Below, in pieces: positions 16,834 through 25,638 of a DNA stretch of 64,000 nt. The notes beneath the pieces are model-generated. The model ran no database searches. It was not told the DNA's origin and was given only the letters and a program-made list of their open reading frames with translations. The stretch comes from Polyangiaceae bacterium (GTDB lineage: Bacteria; Myxococcota_A; Polyangia; Polyangiales; Polyangiaceae). Positions within the stretch are counted from its first letter, which is position 1, and every line of letters begins with the position of its first letter. Position numbers and translations under genes: made by a program. Location: contig JAXLYP010000017.1 in NCBI GenBank assembly GCA_046351395.1, forward strand, positions 65,508 to 129,507. Reading direction: 5' to 3'.

Positions 16834-19452
16834 CTACTCGAAGAAGATCGCGTTCGACACGCCGAACGCGTGCCGCCCGGGGAGGATGGGTGAGAGGTCG
16901 TCCGAGCCGGCCGTCTTCGCGTGGAAGACGACGAACGAGGGCGTGTTCGGATCGAGGGGCACGTCGACCTCGTTCACGAACTTTTGCGCGGGCCCCGTTC
17001 CCATCGGCAGGAGCGCGGTCGTGCCCATGCTCTTGCCGTTGACGAACGTCTCGAGCACGCCGTCCGTCATCTTGATCCAACCGGGGGCCTGCACGGAGAC
17101 GGTGAAGTGCGCGCTGCTCGCCTTCGGCTGAGAGGTGCCTGGGAGCGCGCCGTTCGGGCCGACGACCGAGAGGAACAGGCCCCCGCTCACGACCGAGAGT
17201 CCCTTCGCGGCGGCGTCGCGCACGTCGTCGTTGCTGATCGCGAGCGGGTCGTCCGTGCCGACGCGCAGGCACGTCCTCGGGTAGCCGACCGCGCAGGTGC
17301 GGAGGAGATGACAGTCGGAGCTCCCCACCGCGGAGACCTTCGAGCCGTGCGCGAGCATGGACTGCCAATCGGCGAACGACTGCCCGCGGTTCGACTCGAG
17401 GTCGGAGTCGTTGAACACCTCGATCGCGTCGAAGTTGGGGCTCCAGAGGTCCCCCGTGCCCTTGCCCTGCTGCTGATCGAAGAGGGCCTGGGTGAAGTAG
17501 CCCCCGAAGCTCGACGAGTCGGGGTGGTTGATGATCAGCATCGGCGCCTCGGGCAGCGCGTGGACCGCCGCGAACACGTCGGTCGGGGACTTCCCGAGCC
17601 ACTCGACGGCGCCGTTGTTTCGCTGGTCCGGCTTCGGGATCAACGGGACGACGCCCATGTGACCCCACCGGAACGTGGTCAGCTCTTGGCTCGGGACCCC
17701 GTGCGCCCACTTCTGGCGGCCGAGCTTCTCGATGTACGGCTGGAAGTCCACGACCCACTCGTGCTCGCTCGACACCGGGAGATCGAGCCCGTCCGCGAGC
17801 GCGCTCCGGACCTTGTACTCGATGGGGTCGTTCGAATCGGCCGACTGGAACGAGTGGATGTGGAAGTCGGCGCACATCACGCCCGTCGTGTCGACCGAGT
17901 GCACGAGCTGCGCGTCGACCTGGACCGTCTCGTCGGCGGCGACGGTCGACATCGTGTCGAGCAGCTCCCACTCGGGGCCGTGCGCGACGACGACGCGGTA
18001 GGTTCCCGGCGGGACGGGGAGCGTGACGTCCCCCGTCGCGGAGAACTCCTGCCAGAGCTTCCCGTCGGACTCGTCCTCGTCGCCGAACGACGCGGGCGTC
18101 GGCGGCAGCGGAGTCGTGGGGATGACGTGGATGCGCGCGGGCATGAGCTCGCTCGTCGCGCTGTCGTGCGCGGTCACGTGCAGGAACCCGTTCGGTCCGA
18201 ACGCGAGGTCCTGCGTCGACGCGCTCGGCGCGACGGCGGTGCCGGTGCCGAGCGGATAGCCCCGCTTCTCGGGCACGAGCTTCACGCTCGCGGCGGGCGC
18301 GTGGATCGTGAACGAGCCGTCCGCCGCGGTCGTCGTCCGGCTGAGGTACTTCGTCCCCGCTTCGTCGAGCTCGTGCACGAACGCGCCCGCGACCGGGGCG
18401 CCCTTCGCGTCCGTCACCTTGCCGGTGATGGCGTGCCACGCCTCCTCGCCGTTCGCGCGCCGCACGGCCTCGCGCAGGCCGTCGTAGTGCGGGCCGCCGA
18501 CCACGATCTGGTGACGATCGACGAGCGTCTGCTCGCACGACTTGGCGATGAAGCCCTGGCCGACGAACAGCTGGAACCCGCTGATGTCGAGCCCGCCGTA
18601 CTCGATCATCTGAGGCTTGATCCCCTGGTACGCGAAGCCCACCTCGCCCCCGTCGAAGCCCGCGAAGTCCGCGACGCCGGAGGGCTTGTCGAACCCGTGC
18701 TCCGCGGTGACCTGCTGGTTGTGCGACCCCTGGAAGAACCCGAAGTACTCGTCCGAGCCCATCATGTTGAGGCCGAGATCGAGGTCCACGTCCGTGTTGT
18801 TGATGACGCCGAGGCGCACGACCACCTTCTCCGCGCCGGGGGAGAGCACGTACTCGTAGGCGGCTTGGAGGCCGTCGTACTGGCTCGGGAAGATCCCGCC
18901 GAACGACTCGGAGAGGAACGGGATCGCCGTCAGCTTGCCGGACACGCGGAGGACGGCGTCCCCGCCGTCCGTGCCGTCGTGCATGACGCTCACGTCCGTC
19001 GGATCGATCACGTAGATGCTGAAGCCGGGGAGGGACTCGACGAAGTTCGAGAGCCCCTTCATCCGCCCGTCGTCGCCCACGAGGTCGAGCGCGAGGATCT
19101 CTCCGCCGAACCGGTTGTAGCCGTCGGACTCGCCCTTGTCCTCGACGACGACGGCGATCTTGTCGTTCGCGAGGACGAAGTCCCCGTCCCGGATCTGCTG
19201 CCGACCGTGCGCCGGCTGCTTCACGTCGGCGGCCTTGATGCGCCCCGCGCGCGCCTGCTTCGCGGCCTTCGCCCCGAAGACGTCCGCGCTCCCGTTGGGG
19301 TCGCCCGTTTCGAACGTCGCCGCGAGGCCGTTGCAGATCGTGCCTCCGGACGAGGAGGACCCCGTCGTCTCCGAGGTGCTGTCGTCACACCCGGTGAGGA
19401 GGGGGAAGAACGCCGCCGCGAGCACCGCGAACCAAGAAGAAGTTCGAGCCAT
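16834..19452 (-). CDS. Large secreted lipoprotein (872 aa) with a putative PHP-type metal-dependent hydrolase domain.
   Basis: MARTSSWFAVLAAAFFPLLTGC has a lipobox. CADFHIHSFQSAD is an HxH metal motif. There are beta-sandwich-like regions. Start at internal M111 of the ORF. Confidence 0.65.
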   Translation of the reverse strand: MARTSSWFAVLAAAFFPLLTGCDDSTSETTGSSSSGGTICNGLAATFETGDPNGSADVFGAKAAKQARAGRIKAADVKQPAHGRQQIRDGDFVLANDKIAVVVEDKGESDGYNRFGGEILALDLVGDDGRMKGLSNFVESLPGFSIYVIDPTDVSVMHDGTDGGDAVLRVSGKLTAIPFLSESFGGIFPSQYDGLQAAYEYVLSPGAEKVVVRLGVINNTDVDLDLGLNMMGSDEYFGFFQGSHNQQVTAEHGFDKPSGVADFAGFDGGEVGFAYQGIKPQMIEYGGLDISGFQLFVGQGFIAKSCEQTLVDRHQIVVGGPHYDGLREAVRRANGEEAWHAITGKVTDAKGAPVAGAFVHELDEAGTKYLSRTTTAADGSFTIHAPAASVKLVPEKRGYPLGTGTAVAPSASTQDLAFGPNGFLHVTAHDSATSELMPARIHVIPTTPLPPTPASFGDEDESDGKLWQEFSATGDVTLPVPPGTYRVVVAHGPEWELLDTMSTVAADETVQVDAQLVHSVDTTGVMCADFHIHSFQSADSNDPIEYKVRSALADGLDLPVSSEHEWVVDFQPYIEKLGRQKWAHGVPSQELTTFRWGHMGVVPLIPKPDQRNNGAVEWLGKSPTDVFAAVHALPEAPMLIINHPDSSSFGGYFTQALFDQQQGKGTGDLWSPNFDAIEVFNDSDLESNRGQSFADWQSMLAHGSKVSAVGSSDCHLLRTCAVGYPRTCLRVGTDDPLAISNDDVRDAAAKGLSVVSGGLFLSVVGPNGALPGTSQPKASSAHFTVSVQAPGWIKMTDGVLETFVNGKSMGTTALLPMGTGPAQKFVNEVDVPLDPNTPSFVVFHAKTAGSDDLSPILPGRHAFGVSNAIFFE

Positions 19453-19482
19453 GCGCGCGATCGTACGGCGATACTCGGGCCG

Positions 19483-20883
19483 ATGACAGAGCCCAGGTAC
19501 CGCCTCTCCCCGCACGCGTTCGCCCGAAAGCACGTCTCGGGCGGTCGCGCGGCCGTGGCGCTCTTCGACCAGCGCAAGCCCGGGGTGTTCTACCCGGGCG
19601 CGAAGGGGTGGGCGGTGCTGCAGGCGCTCGACGGATCGCGCGACCTCGACGGCGTCCTCACGGCGCTCTCGAGACAGCACGCGATCTCGCGCGACGAGCT
19701 CTCGTCCTTCGTCGAGACCGCCGCCGCGCACGGCATCCTCGTCTCGGAGGTGGCCGCGGCCGCGCCCCCCGTCACGCCGCACGCCGCGACGAGTGGCGCT
19801 GCAGCCACCGCCGAGGATCGCGGAGCTGGCGAGCGCCCCGTCAGGGCACTTCCGAACTTCGAACTCCGCTGTGACGGCCGGGGGAGCTGCTGTCGCCTCT
19901 ACCCGTCGATCGTTGCCTCGCCGCTGGAGGCCGCGAACGCGCGCTCGGCGATGCCGTCGGTCCTCGACGCGGGGGACGACGAGGCGAGGGCGTTCTTCCC
20001 GGAGCGGAACATCGATAGACGAAGCCTATCGATCGCCCTCGTGGATGGAGCTTGCGCCTATCTCGACCCCGGCGGAGGTTGCGGCGTGCACGCGCGACGT
20101 GGGGCCGCCGCGAAGCCCCTCGGATGCCGCGTCTACCCGCTCACGTACGTCGACGACGGTGAGTCGATCCGCGAGGTGGCCGTCCCGGAGTGTGCGTGCG
20201 TGATCGAGAGCGGCCTCGCTCCCGCGTCGAGCCCGCTCGCACCTCCCTCCCGGGCGGAGCTCGATCCCAGGGTCATCGTGGATCGCGCGCCCGCGCGCGC
20301 GCGGGTCGGCGCGGAGCCGTCGATCCATGCGGCCCTCCACGACATCCGCGGCTGGTGTGATCGCCTCGGGGCGCGCGCCCTCGAGGCGCCGCCCCGCGAC
20401 GTCGCCGCTCACTTGTTCGGCCTGTCCTGCGCGCTGCGCGGGGGCGAGCTCCTCGAGGAGGGCGCCCTCGAGCTCGATCGCCCGCGGATCGCGGCGTGCG
20501 CTGCGGCGCTCGAGGCGTCCGCGAGGCGCCGCCGCGAGGAGCTCGAGCCGAGCGGGCTCTCGCTCGCGAACCTCGTCTTCCAGGGCATCGAGCTCGCGTG
20601 CGGCATCGCGACCGACGATTTGGACGCCGTGCTCGAGGTGGCCGACGATCTCGCCGCGGTCGAGCGGTTCTACCTGCGCAACCTGTTCTTCGGCCTCGAC
20701 CTCGTCACGGCTCGGGACGACTCGCTCTCCGACGCCCTCTTCGACCGAGGGTTCCGCGTCCTCGTGGCGCGCGCGATGACCGCGGCGTTCGCGCTCGCGG
20801 GCGTCACCGATCCCGCTGTGCGCTACCCGATCGCGGTCCTCCACGCAGCGGTGCGCGCGTACGGTCTCGCGACATCCGCTTGA
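19483..20883 (+). CDS. Fusion protein: an N-terminal PqqD-like RiPP-recognition-element (RRE) domain plus a YkgJ-type cysteine-cluster (CxxCxxCC-like) domain (466 aa).
   Basis: The N-terminus, ALFDQRKPGVFYPGAKGWAVLQALDGSRDLDGVLTALSRQHAISRDELSSFVETAAAHGIL, matches the PqqD fold pattern. The second domain is CDGRGSCCRLYP...GACAYLDPGGGCGVHARRGAAAKPLGCRVYP. The ATG at 19483 is in frame inside the artefactual 1320-aa ORF. Confidence 0.6.
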   Translation: MTEPRYRLSPHAFARKHVSGGRAAVALFDQRKPGVFYPGAKGWAVLQALDGSRDLDGVLTALSRQHAISRDELSSFVETAAAHGILVSEVAAAAPPVTPHAATSGAAATAEDRGAGERPVRALPNFELRCDGRGSCCRLYPSIVASPLEAANARSAMPSVLDAGDDEARAFFPERNIDRRSLSIALVDGACAYLDPGGGCGVHARRGAAAKPLGCRVYPLTYVDDGESIREVAVPECACVIESGLAPASSPLAPPSRAELDPRVIVDRAPARARVGAEPSIHAALHDIRGWCDRLGARALEAPPRDVAAHLFGLSCALRGGELLEEGALELDRPRIAACAAALEASARRRREELEPSGLSLANLVFQGIELACGIATDDLDAVLEVADDLAAVERFYLRNLFFGLDLVTARDDSLSDALFDRGFRVLVARAMTAAFALAGVTDPAVRYPIAVLHAAVRAYGLATSA

Positions 20884-20919
20884 CGCGCTCGCCGCGCTCG
20901 GGTTTCTGCGCGCCGGAAG

Positions 20920-22539
20920 ATGATTCGCTTCGACTCGATCGGTCACCAGCACGGGCGCAAGATCCTCTTCTACGAGGCGTCCGCCTCGGTGAACCGGGGC
21001 GAGAAGATCGGCCTCGTCGGTCCGAACGGCTCCGGGAAGACGACGCTGTTTCGCATGATCCTCGGCGAGGAGGAGCCCGACACCGGCCGCGTCACGATCG
21101 ATCGCGGGACGACGATCGGCTACTTCAGCCAGGACGTCGGCGAGATGTCCGGGCGCACCGTCGTCGCGGAGACGGTCGCGGGCGCCGGCGAGGTCGCGCA
21201 GGTCTTCGCGGAGCTCCGCTCCCTCGAGGAGGCGCTGTCCGATCCAGAGCGCGCGGACGAGATGGAGGCGCTCGTCGAGCGCCTGGGGGACGCGCAGGCT
21301 CGCTTCGAGCAGCTCGGCGGGTACGCCGTGGAGGCGAAGGCGCGGAGCATCCTCGCGGGCCTCGGGTTCAGCGACGCGACGATGGACGGGGACGTCGGCG
21401 CGCTCTCGGGCGGCTGGAAGATGCGCGTCGCGCTCGCGCAGATCCTCTTGAAGCGCGCGGACGTGCTGCTCTTGGACGAGCCGACGAACCACCTCGACCT
21501 CGAGTCGATCCTCTGGCTCGAGACGTACCTCCGAGATTTCGATGGTGCGATCGTCATGACGAGCCACGACCGGGCGTTCATGAACCGCGTGGTGTCGAAG
21601 ATCCTCGAGATCGACGCGGGCGACATCACGACGTACACCGGCGACTACGACCACTACGTGAAGGAGCGCGCGATCGCCGACCTCCACGCGCAGGCAGCGT
21701 TCGAGCGCCAGCAGGCGATGCTCGCGAAGGAGCAGCGCTTCATCGAGCGCTTCAAGGCGCGCGCGTCCCACGCCGCGCAGGTCCAGTCGCGCGTGAAGAA
21801 GCTCGAGAAGATCGAGAAGGTCGAGGAGCCCCCGAAGGTCCGCAAGCTCAAGTTCGACTTCCGCGCGCCCCCGCGCTCCGGGGACGACGTCGCGTCCCTC
21901 GCGCACGTCGTGAAGTCGTGGGGCACGAAGCCGATCTACGACGACCTCGACATGCTGATCCGCATCCGCGAGCGCTGGTGCGTGATGGGCCAGAACGGCG
22001 CGGGGAAGAGCACCCTCCTCAAGCTCGTCGTGGGCGCGGCGACGCCGGACGCGGGCGAGGTGAAGATCGGCGCGAGCGTGAAGCTCGGCTACTTCGCGCA
22101 GCACGCGATGGATCTCCTCGACGGCGCGAAGTCCGTCTGGGAGTGCACCGTCGAGCGGTTCCCGAAGGCGTCCGAGGGGCAGCTCAAGACGCTGCTCGGC
22201 GCGTTCGGGTTCCCCGGGGAGGACACGGCGAAGCCCGTGCGCGTGCTCTCGGGGGGTGAGAAGGCGCGGCTCGTGCTCGCGCTCATGATGTTCGATCCGC
22301 CGAACTTCCTCGTGCTCGACGAGCCGACGAACCACCTCGATCTCGCGACGAAGGAGATGCTCATCGACTGCCTCAAGGACTTCGAGGGGACGATGCTCTT
22401 CGTCTCCCACGACCGGCACTTCCTCGCCGCGCTCTCGAACCGCGTGCTGGAGGTCGGGTCCGGCAAGCCGACGGTCTACGGCGGCGGCTACTCGGAGTAC
22501 GTCAGCCGGACGGGCCGCGAGGCGCCCGGGATGAGATAG
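20920..22539 (+). CDS. ABC-F family ATPase (two ABC domains, no TM region; EttA/Uup-like).
   Basis: Two Walker A motifs (GPNGSGKTT, GQNGAGKST), two LSGG signatures, and an inter-domain linker. Confidence 0.9.
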   Translation: MIRFDSIGHQHGRKILFYEASASVNRGEKIGLVGPNGSGKTTLFRMILGEEEPDTGRVTIDRGTTIGYFSQDVGEMSGRTVVAETVAGAGEVAQVFAELRSLEEALSDPERADEMEALVERLGDAQARFEQLGGYAVEAKARSILAGLGFSDATMDGDVGALSGGWKMRVALAQILLKRADVLLLDEPTNHLDLESILWLETYLRDFDGAIVMTSHDRAFMNRVVSKILEIDAGDITTYTGDYDHYVKERAIADLHAQAAFERQQAMLAKEQRFIERFKARASHAAQVQSRVKKLEKIEKVEEPPKVRKLKFDFRAPPRSGDDVASLAHVVKSWGTKPIYDDLDMLIRIRERWCVMGQNGAGKSTLLKLVVGAATPDAGEVKIGASVKLGYFAQHAMDLLDGAKSVWECTVERFPKASEGQLKTLLGAFGFPGEDTAKPVRVLSGGEKARLVLALMMFDPPNFLVLDEPTNHLDLATKEMLIDCLKDFEGTMLFVSHDRHFLAALSNRVLEVGSGKPTVYGGGYSEYVSRTGREAPGMR

Positions 22540-23173
22540 CGAAGCGCCGGCGGAGCGTCGCGAGCGCGGCGCGGACGAGCTTCCGCGCCGCTTCCTCTCC
22601 ATCGAGCCCGAGCTCGCCCTCGATCTCGCCGAAGTCGACGTCGTCGAGCCAGAGGGACAGCGCGCGGTGCTGGTCCGACGAGAGCGACTCGCGCGCGAAC
22701 GCGAGGAGCTGCCGCGCCGTCTGCGCGAGCGTGAACTGCGGCCGCTCGGAGCCGAACACGTCGTCGCTCGCGGGGCTCGACGCGAACTCGTTGAGCAGCC
22801 GCTTCACGCTCGGGAGGTCCGGGTCTTTCACCTTCGTGCTCCGCCCGAGCGCGGCGCGCACGTAGTCGCGGATCGCGAACGAGACGACGATGCGCAGCCA
22901 GTCGTCGAAGTCCTCGCGCTCGTGCTCCTTGCACCAATCCGCGTAGCCCGCGAGCGCGTTGCCCTCCGTCGGGGAGAGCCGGGCGACGACCGCCGTCATC
23001 ACGTCGCGCACGTTGTCGTCCGAGCGCGCGAGCGAACCCATCGTCCGGTTGCGCTTCACGCGAAGCTCGAGGAACGGCCAGATCTCCGCGAGGAGAGACT
23101 TCCACTCGGCGTCCGTGAGGGCGCCCCCGCGCACCGCGATCGCGTGGCACCGTGGGACGTCGAGTGCGCTCAT
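22502..23173 (-). CDS. Putative sigma-70 family sigma factor-like protein (223 aa).
   Basis: C-terminal HRALSLWLDDVDFGEIEGELGLDGEEAARKLVRAALATLRRR resembles a region-4 HTH. A region-2-like segment lies upstream. Its 3' end overlaps the ABC-F 3' end by 38 nt (convergent). Confidence 0.5.
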   Translation of the reverse strand: MSALDVPRCHAIAVRGGALTDAEWKSLLAEIWPFLELRVKRNRTMGSLARSDDNVRDVMTAVVARLSPTEGNALAGYADWCKEHEREDFDDWLRIVVSFAIRDYVRAALGRSTKVKDPDLPSVKRLLNEFASSPASDDVFGSERPQFTLAQTARQLLAFARESLSSDQHRALSLWLDDVDFGEIEGELGLDGEEAARKLVRAALATLRRRFAISSRAPRGPSG

Positions 23174-23308
23174 GGCGCCATGCTAGCAGTCTGTTCGAAA
23201 ACTCCCTTCGCCGCCTCGTCGCGCGTGCTCGGTCCGTTTTCGACCGACTCCTGCACCGACTGTCGGCGCATTCACACCCTCGGACGCGCTACGCGGCCTC
23301 CTCTCCGC

Positions 23309-23593
23309 TCAGTACGCGAGCGGGTCGCCCGGCTTCACGTTGCCGCGGCGTGGCCGGACGTCGACCCACTCACCGTCGACGCACCGCCACACCGGGCAGA
23401 ATCCGATCGCGCCGGCGCACGGTGATCGCGACGGGTTGGGGGCGCACGTCTTGGGCTCCGGCGCGGGCTCCACCACCGGCGGCGGCGCATGCACCGGGGA
23501 CGGGGCTTCCACCCGGGGCGCGCTCGTGGCGACGAGATCGGGCGTCGGGCAGCCGGTGGTCACGAACAAGACGAGCGAGAGAATGAAGTCCAC
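23309..23593 (-). CDS. Small Pro-rich lipoprotein (94 aa).
   Basis: MDFILSLVLFVTTGC has a lipobox. C-terminal Cys residues. Confidence 0.4.
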   Translation of the reverse strand: MDFILSLVLFVTTGCPTPDLVATSAPRVEAPSPVHAPPPVVEPAPEPKTCAPNPSRSPCAGAIGFCPVWRCVDGEWVDVRPRRGNVKPGDPLAY

Positions 23594-23680
23594 GGTTCTC
23601 CTTTTGGACCGCGTCCCACGACCGGGGAGCGCGTTCGAATCAAGGAGTCGACGCGGATTGGGAGAGCGTCACGCGCCGCT

Positions 23681-23739
23681 CTCGAAAATTCCACGAGCGC
23701 GCCGAAGGCGCTCGATTCAGCCGCGGTCCTCCGCGGAAA
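23681..23739. repeat. REP-like double-hairpin intergenic repeat (copy 1).
   Basis: tcgagcgc-gccgaag-gcgctcga hairpin followed by a ccgcgg-tcct-ccgcgg hairpin. The same unit recurs at 34891..35003 (two tandem copies) and 48060..48140 (inverted). Confidence 0.7.
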
Positions 23740-23740
23740 T

Positions 23741-24472
23741 TCATTGGGCGGGGGTGCAGACCGCGGCGACGCACAGCGCGGACGCACAGTCCGCGTCCGT
23801 CAGGCACGCGAGCCCATCCGCGCACGGCGGACAGGCGTCCCCCCCGCAGTCGACCGCTGTCTCCCCGCCATCGCGTTGGCAGTTGGCGCACGAGGGGTTG
23901 TCCGGATCGACGGGGGCGCAACCCGTCTGGGGAGCTCCGCACAGCGCCGCCACGCACGCCCCGGATTCGCAGTCCGAGTCGACGAGGCAAGCGACACCGG
24001 CCCCGCACGGCGGACACGCGTCGCCGCCGCAGTCGACCGCGGTCTCGGTCCCGTTCTGGGTGCAGTCCGCGCACGTCGGGAAGCGCGGATCGGGGTGGCA
24101 GCCGGGATCGACGAACGCCACGCAGAACGTCGCTTGGCACGTCAGCGTCGCGCAGTCCGCGTCGCTCTTGCAGTGCGCGTCCTGCTCGCACGGATGGCAC
24201 GCGTCACCACCGCAGTCGATGTCGCTCTCGTCGCCGTTCAGGACGTGGTCGTCGCAGCGCGGGGTCGAGTTCGCGCCGCCCACCCCGCTGCTCGCGTCGA
24301 TGGAGGAGGTCGTCGACGTCGACTGACTGGCGGTCGCGCTGCTCTCTCCGCCGACGCCCGTCGAGCTCGTCGAGGACGCAGCGGTGGCGCCCCACGGCTC
24401 GATGCCCACGAGGAGGTTACAGCCCCCGGTCGCGAGCGCGGCGGCCAGCACGACGAACTCGGGACGACGCAT
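23741..24472 (-). CDS. Cysteine-rich repeat lipoprotein (Myxococcus cysteine-rich-repeat-like).
   Basis: Lipobox LAAALATGGC. Three tandem ~45-aa repeats of the form (C)xNCxxxGxETAVDCGGDACPPCxxGxACxxDxDCxSGACVAAxC. Confidence 0.65.
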   Translation of the reverse strand: MRRPEFVVLAAALATGGCNLLVGIEPWGATAASSTSSTGVGGESSATASQSTSTTSSIDASSGVGGANSTPRCDDHVLNGDESDIDCGGDACHPCEQDAHCKSDADCATLTCQATFCVAFVDPGCHPDPRFPTCADCTQNGTETAVDCGGDACPPCGAGVACLVDSDCESGACVAALCGAPQTGCAPVDPDNPSCANCQRDGGETAVDCGGDACPPCADGLACLTDADCASALCVAAVCTPAQ

Positions 24473-24510
24473 TCATCACCCAATTTACCAAAACAATCAC
24501 CTGCGTCTCG

Positions 24511-24640
24511 GGTGATTCATTGTGTCACATGAAGGGCCGCCATAAGGGTCAATTTTCGCAGCATGTCGGCCTTCGTGTATCACGAAGTAACACGTCTTGA
24601 CGGCGCCAATGGGCGGATCTATGTATCACAGCGTGTCACG
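24511..24640. promoter_or_regulatory. AT-richer promoter/operator region with four TGT(A/G)TCAC repeats. One pair forms the inverted repeat cgtgt-N11-acacg.
   Basis: tgtgtcac at 24521, tgtatcac at 24576, tgtatcac at 24623, tgtcac at 24634. It lies upstream of, and overlapping, the start of the RHH-like gene. Confidence 0.4.
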
Positions 24641-25130
24641 CAATAGGCCGCCTCCCGCTCCACCTGTCCCCTCGGAGGAAGAGGAAGAGGACCGCGCCGA
24701 GAGGAAGGAGCGCGTCCTCCACACTCGGGTGCCCGCGGTCCTCGAGGCGGAGCTGAAGCGGTTCGCTCAGAACCTCCGCATCCCTGTTTCGAATCTGGTT
24801 CGCACGATCCTGGAGGACGCGATGCACTTCGCCGACTCCGCGAGCGAGAACGTCGAGTCCCGCCTCAAGCAGGCCGCGGAGCACCTCGAGCACGAGCGTG
24901 AGCGGCTGAAGAAGCGCGTCGTCCCGCCGCCTGCGCCCGAAGGGCAAGCGGCCCTCCGGGACGTCATCGCGTTCAACACGGTCACCGTCGCGCAGCGCGT
25001 GAGCTGCGCGAGCTGCGCGGCGCGCCTCGAGCCGGGTGATCGAGCGCACCTCGGCATCCCCGATCGGCCCCCTCCCGAAGGCACTCCCCGCGTCTTCGTC
25101 TGCGACGACTGTCTGCCTCGCGCCCACTAG
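24621..25130 (+). CDS. Ribbon-helix-helix-like DNA-binding protein with a C-terminal CxxC...CxxC zinc ribbon.
   Basis: RVLHTRVPAVLEAELKRFAQNLRIPVSNLVRTILEDAM has a beta-strand then helix-helix pattern. C-terminus is CASCAARLEP...FVCDDC. The start is ambiguous: the ORF track gives TTG at 24597, and ATGs occur at 24609 and 24621. Confidence 0.45.
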   Translation: MYHSVSRNRPPPAPPVPSEEEEEDRAERKERVLHTRVPAVLEAELKRFAQNLRIPVSNLVRTILEDAMHFADSASENVESRLKQAAEHLEHERERLKKRVVPPPAPEGQAALRDVIAFNTVTVAQRVSCASCAARLEPGDRAHLGIPDRPPPEGTPRVFVCDDCLPRAH

Positions 25131-25148
25131 AGCACCGAACCGGTTCTC
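25126..25148. promoter_or_regulatory. CTAGAGCACCGAACCGGTTC motif, containing the palindrome GAACCGGTTC.
   Basis: The 14-mer ctagagcaccgaac recurs at 44512. The 10-mer ctagagcacc recurs at 46526, about 40 nt upstream of the exbB-like start. All three copies are intergenic. Confidence 0.35.
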
Positions 25149-25289
25149 CAGCCGTCCTCCGCTTGGGCCTCCGCGCCCCTCCGCGCGACTCCCTGCCGCA
25201 TTCTGCGGCCGGACGCGTGCACTGCTCTGCCCAACGCGTGGACCTCTTCCGCGCGTCTCCTCACATCCAACACACAGAAAGGGAAACCC

Positions 25290-25550
25290 ATGAACGCCCC
25301 CACGGAAAACCGCACGCCCGCCCGCAACGAGTTCGTCCAGTCGCTCGTCGACCTGGGGACCGAGTGGGTCGCGCTCGGCATCAGCTTCGGAACCCAAGCG
25401 CTCGAGCGCAGCGCGAAATCGCTCGAGCTCGCGGCGCGCAGCCTCGACACGATCTCGAAGGGGCTCGAGCGCCGGCCCCGCCCCACGGCGGAAGCGGCGA
25501 AGGAGGATTCGGTCGAGGTTCAGGCCGAGGTCGTGGACGAGAAGAGCTGA
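25290..25550 (+). CDS. Small hypothetical protein (86 aa).
   Basis: aaagggaaaccc directly precedes the ATG and looks like an SD. Helical composition. Confidence 0.4.
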   Translation: MNAPTENRTPARNEFVQSLVDLGTEWVALGISFGTQALERSAKSLELAARSLDTISKGLERRPRPTAEAAKEDSVEVQAEVVDEKS

Positions 25551-25638
25551 AGCGCGCTCGCGCCTCGCTCCCGGGGATCGCGCTCGTCGCGCTGCGAGCG
25601 CGCGCGTTCGAGCGCGTCTCCGGGTACACTCTGCGCCG

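Noticed and set aside
16921-20883. 1320-aa plus-strand ORF.
   Set aside because: The first about 850 codons are antisense to the confident minus-strand lipoprotein gene and are Arg/Glu/Val junk. Only the 3' part from the ATG at 19483 (the PqqD-like/YkgJ protein) is kept.
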